The position numbers were made by a program, and so were the translations under genes. A model generated the notes under the pieces. The model was given only the letters and a program-made list of their open reading frames with translations. It made no database searches and was not told the origin of the DNA. A DNA stretch of 64,000 nucleotides from NCBI RefSeq assembly GCF_964188315.1, contig NC_135655.1, positions 59,148,001-59,212,000 of the forward strand. The letters run 5' to 3'. Shown in pieces: positions 1-10,389 of the stretch. Source of the DNA: Podarcis muralis (Eukaryota). Positions within the stretch are counted from its first letter, which is position 1, and each line of letters opens with the position of its first letter.

Positions 1-1309
1 AATTTGTCTAAAGTCCTGGGCTATATGAGAAATCATCAGACAATCTGACACCTTAATAAGATGAAGTTAAAATAATGCTGCAACAATATTTTTATACATT
101 GGTATACGTATGAGCCACACCAATTTTTTTGTTTATTACTTTGAAGTCGCTGTGTTGGGTTTGGAGAACTAAGTTGTAGCAAGGTATTGGCTTTTGTAGT
201 CAATGAACATGGATATGCCTATTTAAAAGAGGCAACACAAAGGCTGCTGCTTAGAGTCCTTGGAGGTTACAACAGGATGCAATTAGATTTCTTTCAAAAA
301 GCTTACATATGAACCCACCCCCTCCCACCGTTTGCAAATCTATCAGAGGCCTGAATGTTCAGGCTATATTCTTCCATGAGTCTGCAATGTCTAATTTTCC
401 TCTGTAAGATTATAGCCCATTTAAATTGCCCATCGCAAATCAATTCCTACAGTGCAATTTAATGAAACCTTTTGCTGGCAATTAAGATTACAAATCTAGA
501 AATGCTTTCTACATAACTGTCACTGTTAAGCTGGGTTACCTTGTTATCTTTAGAGGGGGGAAAAGTGCAATGCATATTCTAATAGTGTGCTTTAAAAAAC
601 TTGAATCCAATTTTAATGTTTAATCTAGGAAAATGTTTGCTATAAAGTATTTATTTTGTTTTTTTAAAAAATAATTGAAATACATTTTCCATTATTAATA
701 TTGAAATTAACCAGCTTTGAAAACCTTTCATGTAGAAATTCTGAAGGGAAAGGCTCAATTCCAGAGATCCTTTTTATACAAAAGTGAGATGGGTGCTATC
801 CTCAGTGACTATGTGGGTCACATATTTGGGAAGTGAGAGAGTGTCTGAATTAATCCCATCTCCCAGTAGTTAGCATTTAATGAGAGAGATCCTAGAGCAC
901 ATCTCATTCCGTATGAGGACTTCTTGGTACCTGCCAATTCTACCTTCCCCTCAGCTTTGCCCCAACACACTTTTGTACTTATATGACCTGATCCAGAAGG
1001 AAAATTCAGGTTTCTGCCATGCAGATTGTCTCTGTTGGATACAGATAATTTGGGTATTTTCCATTTAAAGCTCATGAAAGCTTTAGCTCATTATCATTAG
1101 CACCCCCCCCCACTTCACCAGCAGTTATATGTGCAGTTGTTGGGGCGGGGGGGATATGTGTGTTTCCCCTCTGGATCAGGCCATACATCCTCAGAGTAGA
1201 TGTTCATGGTGGGACAGTCCAGGGCATTAGAAATATTGGAAACTGCTTTTATTTATTTAGTTTTGTTGTAATCATGTGTATTAGCACACGCATTTCAAAA
1301 GCAAAATGA

Positions 1310-1630
1310 TCAGAAGCAGTGACAGAAAACACAGAACGTTCCCTTTTGTCATCTCTGTCCTGTTCTTCCACAAGTTTGATAACTGCTTGCATGCTGGCCT
1401 TCTGAGACTTAACAGGCATGAGAAGTTGGACTTATCTCTCCGCCCAGATTTGGTAATTTGTTCAGCCATGGCAATCTGACAGCTCGCATGCCTCGAAGCC
1501 AATGACAACTGTTGGGATGTTTCCCACATTGACAGAGTTTCTGAATCATTTCCCATTAGATACTTAGAAGCATCTCTCAGCTAGAGATGTCCTGCGCATT
1601 AGGCTTTGACAAACTAAGTGACAGTTTGCT
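1310..1630. promoter_or_regulatory. Candidate enhancer: homotypic TGACAG (Meis/Prep/TGIF-type) motif cluster
   Basis: TGACAG at 1320, 1477, 1530 and 1619 (all + strand), TGACAA at 1503 and 1607, and TTGTCA at 1346, in a repeat-free block. Motif content only; no conservation data. Confidence 0.35.
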
Positions 1631-2591
1631 TTTGAAGTGGTGGCTGTTTGTGAGCTCTGACTGAAGTGGCCTCTGGTTCAGATGCCCAGCTGTCCTCTTG
1701 GTGCTGGGCACACACTTTTTCCTGAGTGTTGGATTCTTTGTTTTCAGTGGCACTTTGCTGTTGTTGTCTTGCATGTTCCCCATCCCCCTTTTATTTTGGC
1801 TCCAGAGGATTGTTTGACCACAAGACAAGAAGCTTCGGTCAAAGGTTGTGATCTCTTTACAGGAGACTCCTCCTCACACAATATGAAAGTCAAAGTAATA
1901 GCCTCTATTGGAGGCAGACCTTTTTGTTTATGCACATCTGCACTATGCCCCTCATTAGCATTGATTACTACTATATTGGTAACAGGCCTTTGACTAAATC
2001 AATATATAGTTCCTTGAGAGAAGCACCCTAGATTCTGGCAGGGTGAGCCAGCCCAATATCTGGTAGTACGACAAGGAGAGGCATTCTCCACATTATGCTG
2101 ATGGTCTGTTTTTGGTGCTGGAGATTATGGGTAATCTGTTTAAGAAGATGACTCAGCACCCTCCCCTTTGGCAACTTGCAGAACATTCAGCCTTACAGGG
2201 TTCACCATCTTCCACATGGCTTGACCTCCATGCGCAGAAATGCTGCACTTCATAGGAGTCAACTCCTAGGGGTCAAATTCCCTTTAGCCCATGCAATAAA
2301 ACATTTGAGCCTCTCACTCCCAGTTGATAGGCATTGCCATTCAAGTGATGTGTACACACTGCATCTTGTGATTGATTGGGCAGGGCGGGGCTTACCTGCC
2401 TCCCACAATGTTTTATTCAAGTTGGCATCCTTGCTGCACTCCTCGCACACTTTCTCCAGTGTGAAATGGAAATTTAAAATGAAACAGTAACCCAGAGGGA
2501 GGAAGTGAGCTCATTCGTGTGACTTGCCAATCCTTCTCCTGATTCCTCCTTTTCCAGGCTCCTCCATATGGCACGCCCAATGACATCTCAG

Positions 2592-2772
2592 AAAGCTGCC
2601 TTTTTGTTGAATCAGTTGATTGGCTCATCCAGTTCGGTATTATCTACCCTGGTTGACAGATGCTCTCCCGGGTTTTATATAGAAATCTTTCTTAGCTCTC
2701 TCTGGGAATGCCAATGATCAATCCTGGGACTTCTTGCATGCTTAGAATGTGTCTTGCCACTGAGCGACATCC
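2592..2772 (-). mobile_element. tRNA-derived squamate SINE (Squam2-like), diverged
   Basis: Minus strand reads GGATGTCGCTCAGTGGCAAGACACATT...AAGTCCCAGGATTGATC (A/B-box-like head) through ...GTAGATAATACCGAACTGGATG...AAAGGCAGCTTT; same layout as 56735-56899. Confidence 0.7.
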
Positions 2773-3824
2773 TTTCCTAGTGGAGCTTCTCTTGACGCCA
2801 GCCTCCCAGGAATTTAGTAGTGACACTCAAGAAGGTGTGTTAGGTGCCATACTGGGCTGTCTTGGTTGATCCCTACTCTGAGCAAGCCGGATTTCCCCCT
2901 CCTGCTTTGAGATCTCTGACTCCCAGAATTCATCTTCTCCAGTAGATCTCATGGGAAGTCAGAAGTTCTAACCATCAAAGCCTTTTAAGTAAATGAAAGC
3001 TTTTATGAAGCAGAAGTAATAGTGTGTCAAATGTTTTCACTGTTGAACTTTGCTAGCCAAGAAACTATTCATAATGTCTGATAATAATTTAATATCCATT
3101 GATCCTTTGTTTCTCTTTTGCTGGCTGGCTGCCCAGATTCTGTAACGATGAGTAGCTGTCTATGTGACCTTTTTCATTATTGAATGCATGGTAATGTGCC
3201 ATGCACGTTCTTCCCATTGCATCAAACACCAATCTTTAGGTAATGGGGAAAAGAATATCTAATTAGGGAAGCACCTTAACTTATTCTACAGCCCTGGAGA
3301 TTTTAGCTGGGTTTCTTTTGTATGAGGTGTTGAAACTGTGCCTTGATTCTAAACTGTCTTCTTGCTGGGGTGGGGAAGCAATCATTTCTGTTAACGTACA
3401 GATGATATCCCATGCATAAATTTTCACATTCAAGAATCACGCAAATGTTTTAAAAACAGAACTTCATGATTGCAAAATTATAGGTGGGTATTATGTGGGT
3501 GTAATTTATGCAAAATGATCTGCAATGATAAGTAGCCTTCAGGCTCAGGTAGAACATGTTTATATTTCCCCCCAGGTTTATGTGAAAATAAAGAGACTTC
3601 TTGGAGCCATCAGAATTAAAAATTCAGCTGATCAGTTCCCATCAACTGATGAGTTCCCACGACCTAATGTCCGTGCAGGCGCAGGACGGGACATGCCTTA
3701 TTTGCCATCTGATACACTTTACTACTTTTGAAGGGATGTCTGCAAATACAAACTGAGGTTGGGATCCAAAGATCAGGCACATAGGTATGGAAGAGAAGCT
3801 AACCTACAACTGGAGCTTTGTTTG

Positions 3825-4210
3825 CTGCTATGATTGATTTATTGCATTTCTGTGCCACTTTCCACCCAAGTGAATCCCAACACGGCTTGCAAACAATAAA
3901 TAACAATAATATCACAAGCACAGGCTTTTGCAACAACAATTGCACTCTTGAAGAGACCTGCAGTTGTTCAGTATGAAAAGCATCGTGTCTCTCTGGCAAT
4001 GAGAAATCCTGCATCAGTCAATAGCAAACAGATGTTCTGTGCTATGTAGAGACATTGGTGCAGATTTGCTATTTTCATATCCCCCTGCATTTCTGTGTGC
4101 CTCTTTTTCCCCCAAAAAAGAAAAAAAAGGATGACAGCTGCATTTACTTTTGCTTCAGTTGCCAAAATGTCCATGGCTACCCCTGGTATTGGGCCAGCTG
4201 ACAGCCTGTG
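3825..4210. promoter_or_regulatory. Candidate enhancer with Pbx/Hox, Sox and Meis-type motifs
   Basis: TGATTGATTTAT at 3831-3842, AACAAT at 3892, 3902 and 3935, TGACAG at 4132 and 4199. Motif inference only. Confidence 0.3.
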
Positions 4211-4310
4211 AGGCACAGAGCAATACTTGAATGGAGACCAGAAATGGAAGATGTTATCCAGCAACTGCCTGCCAGTAGATATTTGATGATAGCTAATCTG
4301 TTTCCAGAGA

Positions 4311-4686
4311 CAGATGGACGCGGGTGGCACTGTGGTCTAAACCACTGAGCTTCTTGGGTTTGCCGATCAGAATGTTGGCAGTTCAAATCCCTGCGACGGG
4401 GTGAGCTCCCTTTGCTTGGTCCCAGCTCCTGCCAACCTAGCAGTTCGAAAGCATGCCAAAAAGTGCAAGTAGATAAATAGGTTCCGCTCCAGCCGGAAGG
4501 TAAACGGCATTTCAGTGCGATGCTCTGGTTTTGCCTGAAGCAGCTTAGTCATGGTGGCCACATGACCCGGAAAAACTGTCTGCAGACAAACGCCAGCTCT
4601 CTCAGCCTGTAAAGCGAGGTGAGGGCTGCAACCCCAGAGTTGTCTGCGACTGGACTTAATTGTTGGGGTCCTTTACCTTTACCCTT
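4311..4686 (+). mobile_element. Sauria SINE, full length
   Basis: Head GGACGCGGGTGGCACTGTGGTCTAAACC, core CCTGCCAACCTAGCAGTTCGAAAGC...GTGCAAGTAGATAAATAGG, CCTTTACCTTTA tail; 17-bp TSD TAATCTGTTTCCAGAGA at 4294-4310 and 4687-4703. Confidence 0.95.
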
Positions 4687-5113
4687 TAATCTGTTTCCAG
4701 AGAACAAGGCAAGGTTGAGTTCTGTAGGACATAGAGAACTCTTGAGTGACAACACCATGGCAAGATTGGACCTTGCTTTGTAGTCAATTGAGAACCTAAA
4801 TCGCACAGCATTTCTATTGACTGCCAAGCCCCACAGCATGCTACTTGGCACTGGGAACTTAGGAGTTCCTCAGCTTTTCTTCTTTGCTGAGAGCTTACAA
4901 GGGTGAATGTGTGGTTTTTTTACTGGTGGAACTGTGGGTTCCTGTTCTTCACTTAAGGAGGCTTATCCCCAAACCTTGTGGCAGAGTAAGGCATTAATAC
5001 TTTTTGCTGTGGGGGGCATGCAGATTGGCTTTGTCTTGAATTGCCCACCAGGGGGTTTGAAGGAACACGGGCAATCTGTTGCATTGTAATCCATGTATGC
5101 TGGCTGTCTAGGG

Positions 5114-5437
5114 CAGGGTTCAGCAACCTTTTTCAGCCGTGGGCCGGTCCACCGTCCCTCAGACCATGTGGTGGGCCGGACTATATTTTGGAAAAAAAAT
5201 AATGAACGAATTCCTATGCCCCACAAATAACCCAGAGATGCATTTTTAAATAAAAGCACACATTCTACTCATGTAAAAACACCAGGCAGGCCCCACAAAT
5301 AACCCAGAGATGCATTTTAAATAAAAGGACACATTCTGCTCATGTAAAAACATGCTGATTCCCGGACCATCCGTGGGCCAGATTGAGAAGGCGATTGGGC
5401 CGCATCCGGCTCCCGGGCCTTAGGTTGCCTAGCCCTG
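5114..5437 (+). mobile_element. Non-autonomous hAT DNA transposon (MITE)
   Basis: Termini CAGGGTTCAGCAACCT / AGGTTGCCTAGCCCTG; perfect 8-bp TSD GTCTAGGG (5106-5113, 5438-5445); internal ~72-bp unit present twice (5218-5289, 5290-5352). Confidence 0.92.
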
Positions 5438-6524
5438 GTCTAGGGGATCACTAGTCTTTACTATTCATGCAATCCCAGGGAGCTAGCAGAAAATGGAGGC
5501 AGCCAACACTGGACCACCATAAATGGATAATGAGCTGGATTTGGCTTAGGGCACCACAGATTGAGTTTCGGGGGGGGGGGGGGGAGCAGAATCATGCACA
5601 AAGTACACAACAGCACATGGAGCCTCTCTTTCTTCTATTGGATCCTTACCCAGAACAAGGATAAGTGTTGTGTGTTTTGTTACCTTTTGATAGATAGCCA
5701 AACAAACTAAGGGTGATTTTTCAGAGTCAAATAAGAGATTTTCATTGTTCTTTGTATAAAAAAATGAAAAAGCAGAAGCATTTTTTGTTTTGTGTTCAGA
5801 TTTTTTTAATTGCAGTATTCTTCTTTTTTAAAAAAGTCATCCCTATTCGTACTGCAGTTGAAACTACCATTTCAATTCCATTTATATACTGTGGACAGAT
5901 AATAATCAACACAGCATGCTTACAATTACACGCAAATGAATGGAAACTGTGGTTCTTGTTGTGACAGAAATGATATTCTTGCATAATATCTTGTATGATA
6001 TTCACAGAGGTGAATTGTTTGAAGGAATGCTCATAATTTCAGCATGGAAATAATACTATCATACCCATTTTTTGTGGAGGGGGCTTTCCTTGATAAGTAA
6101 TCTTCCTCTGTTCTCCTGGGCACTCCTCTGGAATGAAAATAGGCCAAGGATTTTAGAATTCTTATCCACGTATCTTAGTCGAGTTGAATTGTGACCCTCT
6201 CTTACTTATGCCTCTTTAGACCTCTGGCTACATTTACTCTTTCCCTGCTGCTTCCTATTAAATAAGTTAAAAACAAATATTCATCAGATTGATTAGCACA
6301 GGGTTAAAATATTTTTGTTTCTATATAACCTTACTTATTTGGACTCCCCATGATCTTAGATCTCATGTACTACTGTGAAACCAGGTGTCACCCATCCTTT
6401 ATTTGTGAATCTGTTTTCCCCAACCTAAAGGCAGAGCCCACCACTAGTGAATGGCTGAGAAATTATATCTTGATCATGCATGCTTTTTTATTATCCCCAA
6501 AGGTATTTGTTGCTGCTTCCATTT

Positions 6525-6582
6525 ATTTGTTCAAGTCTTGTATGCAGCTGTTAAACTGTAGTGGGCCCAGGACAGAACCCCA
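6525..6582 (-). mobile_element. Tiny CR1 LINE reverse-transcriptase fragment
   Basis: Minus frame GSVLGPLQFNSCIQDLNK resembles the [18 protein letters not shown] motif. Confidence 0.5.
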
Positions 6583-6883
6583 TAGCTAAGAAGCTAGGAT
6601 GTGCAAGGAGGTTCAGAGCTAAGTAGGAATTTGCATCTGAGGTCCCTACACCCAGAGCCAGCAGTGTATGTGTGTCGTTCCAGTGTGGAATAGTATGTGT
6701 GAGGCATGCACAGTTGGGGCAAAACCTAGCTCCATATTTTAATTTTAACAGATAACCATCCTAGATGAGTACTGTACTGAGAGATGCTTTGTTTCTTCAC
6801 TGTTTCTTGATCTGTTTGCCATTTCTTTTGAATGCTGATCATAATTGAAAATGATAGCACAACTTTAGCTAATGGGGCCTGCC

Positions 6884-7354
6884 CATAGCTGTCAGCTTAC
6901 AGATTTGAAAATAAGGGACCAGCAGCCTCGAAAATAAGGGATCAGCAGCCAAAATAAGGGATTTTAGTCAACCAGCGGCCAAACGAAGCCTCAAGTGGTG
7001 GTTCCCACAGCGTAGCAACCCAGCAAAGGGGATGCAGCAAGGAAACCCACCGTCACCTCTCCGCTGGGAAGCGCTGAGTAAAGGCGAGTCCCTAGGCAAC
7101 GCAGCCGATTTGATCGGCACAAGGCATGCAAGCTCCACCCCCCAGTCGTTCTTAGACTCCTTATTGGGTGATCAACGTAGCCAGGCAACACAGTTGGAGC
7201 CTCCCTCCTCCCTGGCCGGCAGGGAGGGAGGGAGAGGAGCTGCTTCCTTTGAAACCCAGAAAATTTAAGGGACATCATCAATCCGGGACAGCAGCGGGAA
7301 ACGACGCTGGGAAAAGGGAGTTTCCCAACAAATAATGGATGGTTGACAGCTATG
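6884..7354 (+). mobile_element. Non-autonomous hAT element nested in a mariner MITE
   Basis: TIR CATAGCTGTCA / TGACAGCTATG; 8-bp TSD GGCCTGCC / GGCCTGCT (7/8); three subterminal AAAATAAGGGA repeats near the left end. Confidence 0.85.
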
Positions 7355-7420
7355 GGCCTGCTGTGCCCCCACCATGCGATTTCTGTTCTTGTCCTGAAAC
7401 AAAGTTCTTAACCCGAGGTA

Positions 7421-7699
7421 CAGTGGTGCCCCGCAAGACGAATGCCTCGCAAGACGAAAAACTCGCTAGACGAAAGGGTTTTCCGTTTTTTGAGTCGTTC
7501 TGCAAGACGAATTTCCCTATGGGCTTGCTTCGCAAGATGAAACATCTTGCGAGTTCTTGTGAGTTTGTTTCCTTTTTCTTAAAGCCGCTAAGCCGTTAAT
7601 AGCCGCTAAGCCGCTAATAGCCGTGCTTCGCAAGACGAAAAAACCGCAAGACGAAGAGACTTGCGGAACGGATTAATTTCGTCTTGCGAGGCACCACTG
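7421..7699 (+). mobile_element. Tc1/mariner MITE (CAGTGGTGCC-type TIR) nested in a related MITE
   Basis: TIR CAGTGGTGCCCCGCAAGACGAA / TTCGTCTTGCGAGGCACCACTG; TA TSD at 7419-7420 and 7700-7701; repeated GCAAGACGAA motifs. Confidence 0.92.
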
Positions 7700-10120
7700 T
7701 ACTATTTCTGGGTTAGTGGAGTCTGTAACCTGAAGTGTATATAACCCGAGGGACCACTGTATGTTGTCAGATCATAACCAGGATAGGCAATGCCAAGGCA
7801 TGTGAGAAGAATTAAGATGAGCTTCTTGCTACTGATGAGAGTGTGAAGAGGAACAAAACCAATCAGGTTATGATCTGTGGAAAAGATAGAGTTTGCAGCA
7901 TTTTAATAAGGCTGTAATTGCCCAGAATTCTTAGATTTCACCATGGACGTTTCACTTGCTGACCAACATTTATTTTATAGTTCATCTGTTCTGGGCAATT
8001 TGGTTTTCATTTTTAGAATTGCAAAAGTTAACATTTTTGTGTCCCTGAATATGTGGGATGCAACATCAAACTTCTAATGCCTATATCTTAAATTGAAATA
8101 AATGAGGCTTACCTTCAGATAATGAGTTTAGGATAAATATGCTGAAGTTGGTCTCAGTCCAGGGCCCATCTTCTCTTTCCTTAAAAGCAACAACTTGATA
8201 TAGCAGTATTTCATCATTCTTTCTCTATCTTTGAAGGGATTTTTCTGCCTGCTTTGTCAGTTTTGGGGCTGCCTTTCATTTCCCCCATAGTTATTAGTCA
8301 TGCCACTTTAGATGGCTTAGTAAGCAACTCTTTTAACATAAAATGTTTTAGACTTGTATCAGGATAATGCTACAGAAACTGCTAAATATTCTGTTCCTGT
8401 CCAAAAATGTTCCCATGAGTTATTGCCAGTGAAACACGCGGCTCCTACAAAGCAATTGTTTGGTTGTTTTCCTACTTTGTTGCTTGTCAAAATAGGGCTG
8501 TATATGTCTTATCAGTTCAGCCACAGACATATGACAACAACAAGGTGTGAAAGCCATGAATTTTTTGATACGCATTGCAAGCACGATGTGTTTGCTAAGG
8601 CAATAGAAAATCCAGCGTTTCTATTTGCTGTGATGCTGGCATAGTGATAAGAGAGCTTCATTAAGATTTGATTATTTGCAACAGCAGTGGTATAGCCATC
8701 CTCTGCCTTGCTAATCCTCCAAGTTCTACTTGAGGGATCCCTTCATTTGGCATGGATTTTTTTGGGGGGGGGGGCAGGGAACAACCTATGAAATTGGTTT
8801 CTGATTTAGAGCCCCATTTATGCCCTTCTCATGATTTTGATTCTGTGATAATTATTTCATTGACTTTGACTGTAAAAATCAAAAGGTTAGTCAGAAACAT
8901 ACATATGTTGTCTCCTAAATTTTCATTGCATGCTTCAAATACTGTTCTTTTGAGCACCAGTGGATTGCTGCTGATAGTGCCAAGTTACGTAAATGTTCCC
9001 GCTCTTTTCCAATCACAAATATATATTGGTATATTTTGACAATACTGAATGATAGCAGTGAACCTTTTATTATTTAATGGTTTTTAAATTTTCCTGAACA
9101 TTTGGCTTAATACATAGGCTTGAATCTTAACTACCTATCCTTGAATGGAAAACCATGCCTCTGTTCATGGAGGAAACTGGGAATTGATGGGGCTTCTGCA
9201 GGAGTTCAAGGGTGGGACAACTCTTTGTCCCAATCTCCCCTTCTCCCTGCAGCTGCTTGCTCTGTTTCTCATTCTTCTCTGGAGGATCCCCCATCCCTTT
9301 CTCACTTCAGTTGTTGGGAATGTCATGTGTGAGGAACCCCACTGATGTTTCTAACCAGAAACTTAGTTAAGAGCTTAGCACCAGAACTAAAGGTTTCCAA
9401 TTGCCTCATGAACCATGTCAAAAGCCCTCTGCGTAGGAAAAAAGAAAACTTTCCCGTCTTTCAACTTGAATTTGTCATCAGTTGCTAAATGGATGAAGAA
9501 CAGGGAGAGATATGAAGGACAACGAAACCCTTTATGCTGTGGACAGCGCTAAAAATTCACCAGGTGCTAGGCACATTTTGCACCTGGTTATTGGCCACTT
9601 GTGACCAGTTGAAGGTGCCAGGATGGCACCTGACATCTCCACCATCTGAAGGTGCATGCCTGGGGATCCTTGGGTCTTGCCTGTTTTCACACACTAACAT
9701 ATTTTCACACACTGACACATCCTGTTAAATTCTATCTGTGATATTTTATCTGCACAATCAGAATGAATTTCAGGAACCAAAATTTTTGGGCTGTCTGGCC
9801 CAAAAAGGGCAACTAAACATTTCATTTTGGCAACACTAGTTTAATAAGCCATTTGGCATCTAGCTTGAATATCTGAATTTCTAGCACTGGCTGTGGACAA
9901 TACCTATTTTGTGAGAAATATTAAAATAAGCAAAACATGGAAACAACGAATACTTTCTCATATTGTCAACTCTATTGTACTTTTGGTGTTCATGTTTAGG
10001 CAGCATTCATTTAAAAAAAATAATTTTATTTATAGTTTTCATTTGTATGAATTTCAATTTTTTTAAATATTTTTTTTACAACATTTCAAACAATTTGACT
10101 ACCTGATCACTCTTTTTTAA

Positions 10121-10389
10121 AAAAATATAATTTTTATTAACAGGCCAATCAAATCACATTAATTAGTTCCAAATTATACAGCCAGATTTTAAAAATTTTG
10201 TTGGGGGTACCCATACTTCAAGCTCCGAAAGGGATCCAAACATCACTCTTGCTGCTGCTTTAATTAAACAGTTCTATCCAGTTCTGTCCAGATAGTCTCT
10301 TTGTTATATTCCTCATCTTGTTGTTGTTATCATATATTCCTTTCTTTGTGATCTCTAATAATCTTCACAAGCGGGTTGAAAACAAACAT
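10121..10389 (-). mobile_element. Retroposed insert with L1-type endonuclease signature (truncated L1/Tx1 3' end or retrocopy)
   Basis: Direct repeat CTGATCACTCTTTTTTAA at 10103-10120 and 10390-10407 (minus strand TT/AAAAAA site); AATAAA near the minus-strand 3' end. Confidence 0.7.

Larger units (their letters stand above)
6851..7759 (+). mobile_element. Tc1/mariner MITE (5'-truncated) interrupted by two younger insertions
   Basis: Pieces 6851-6883, 7355-7420 and 7702-7759 join into the sequence seen intact at 27350-27580 (ACTTTAGCTAATGGGGCCT...CGATTTCTGTTCT...TATTTCTGGGTTAG...AACCCGAGGGACCACTG+TA). Confidence 0.8.

Noticed and set aside
145-312. 55-codon + frame SRCVGFGELSCSKVLAFVVNEHGYAYLKEATQRLLLRVLGGYNRMQLDFFQKAYI
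   Set aside because: No recognisable homology, and the splice-site combinations are weak; consistent with chance.
1339-1356. TTCCCTTTTGTCATCT resembling mature miR-204/211
   Set aside because: Has an extra T and a mismatched 3' end, with no complementary precursor arm nearby.
8516-8544. Possible 29-nt exon (QPQTYDNNK) with an AAG|gtgtga donor
   Set aside because: Weak donor, several competing AGs, and an unrecognised peptide.
9536-9551. GGACAGCGC, the right half of an RE1/NRSE site
   Set aside because: The left half (TCAGCACC) is absent.
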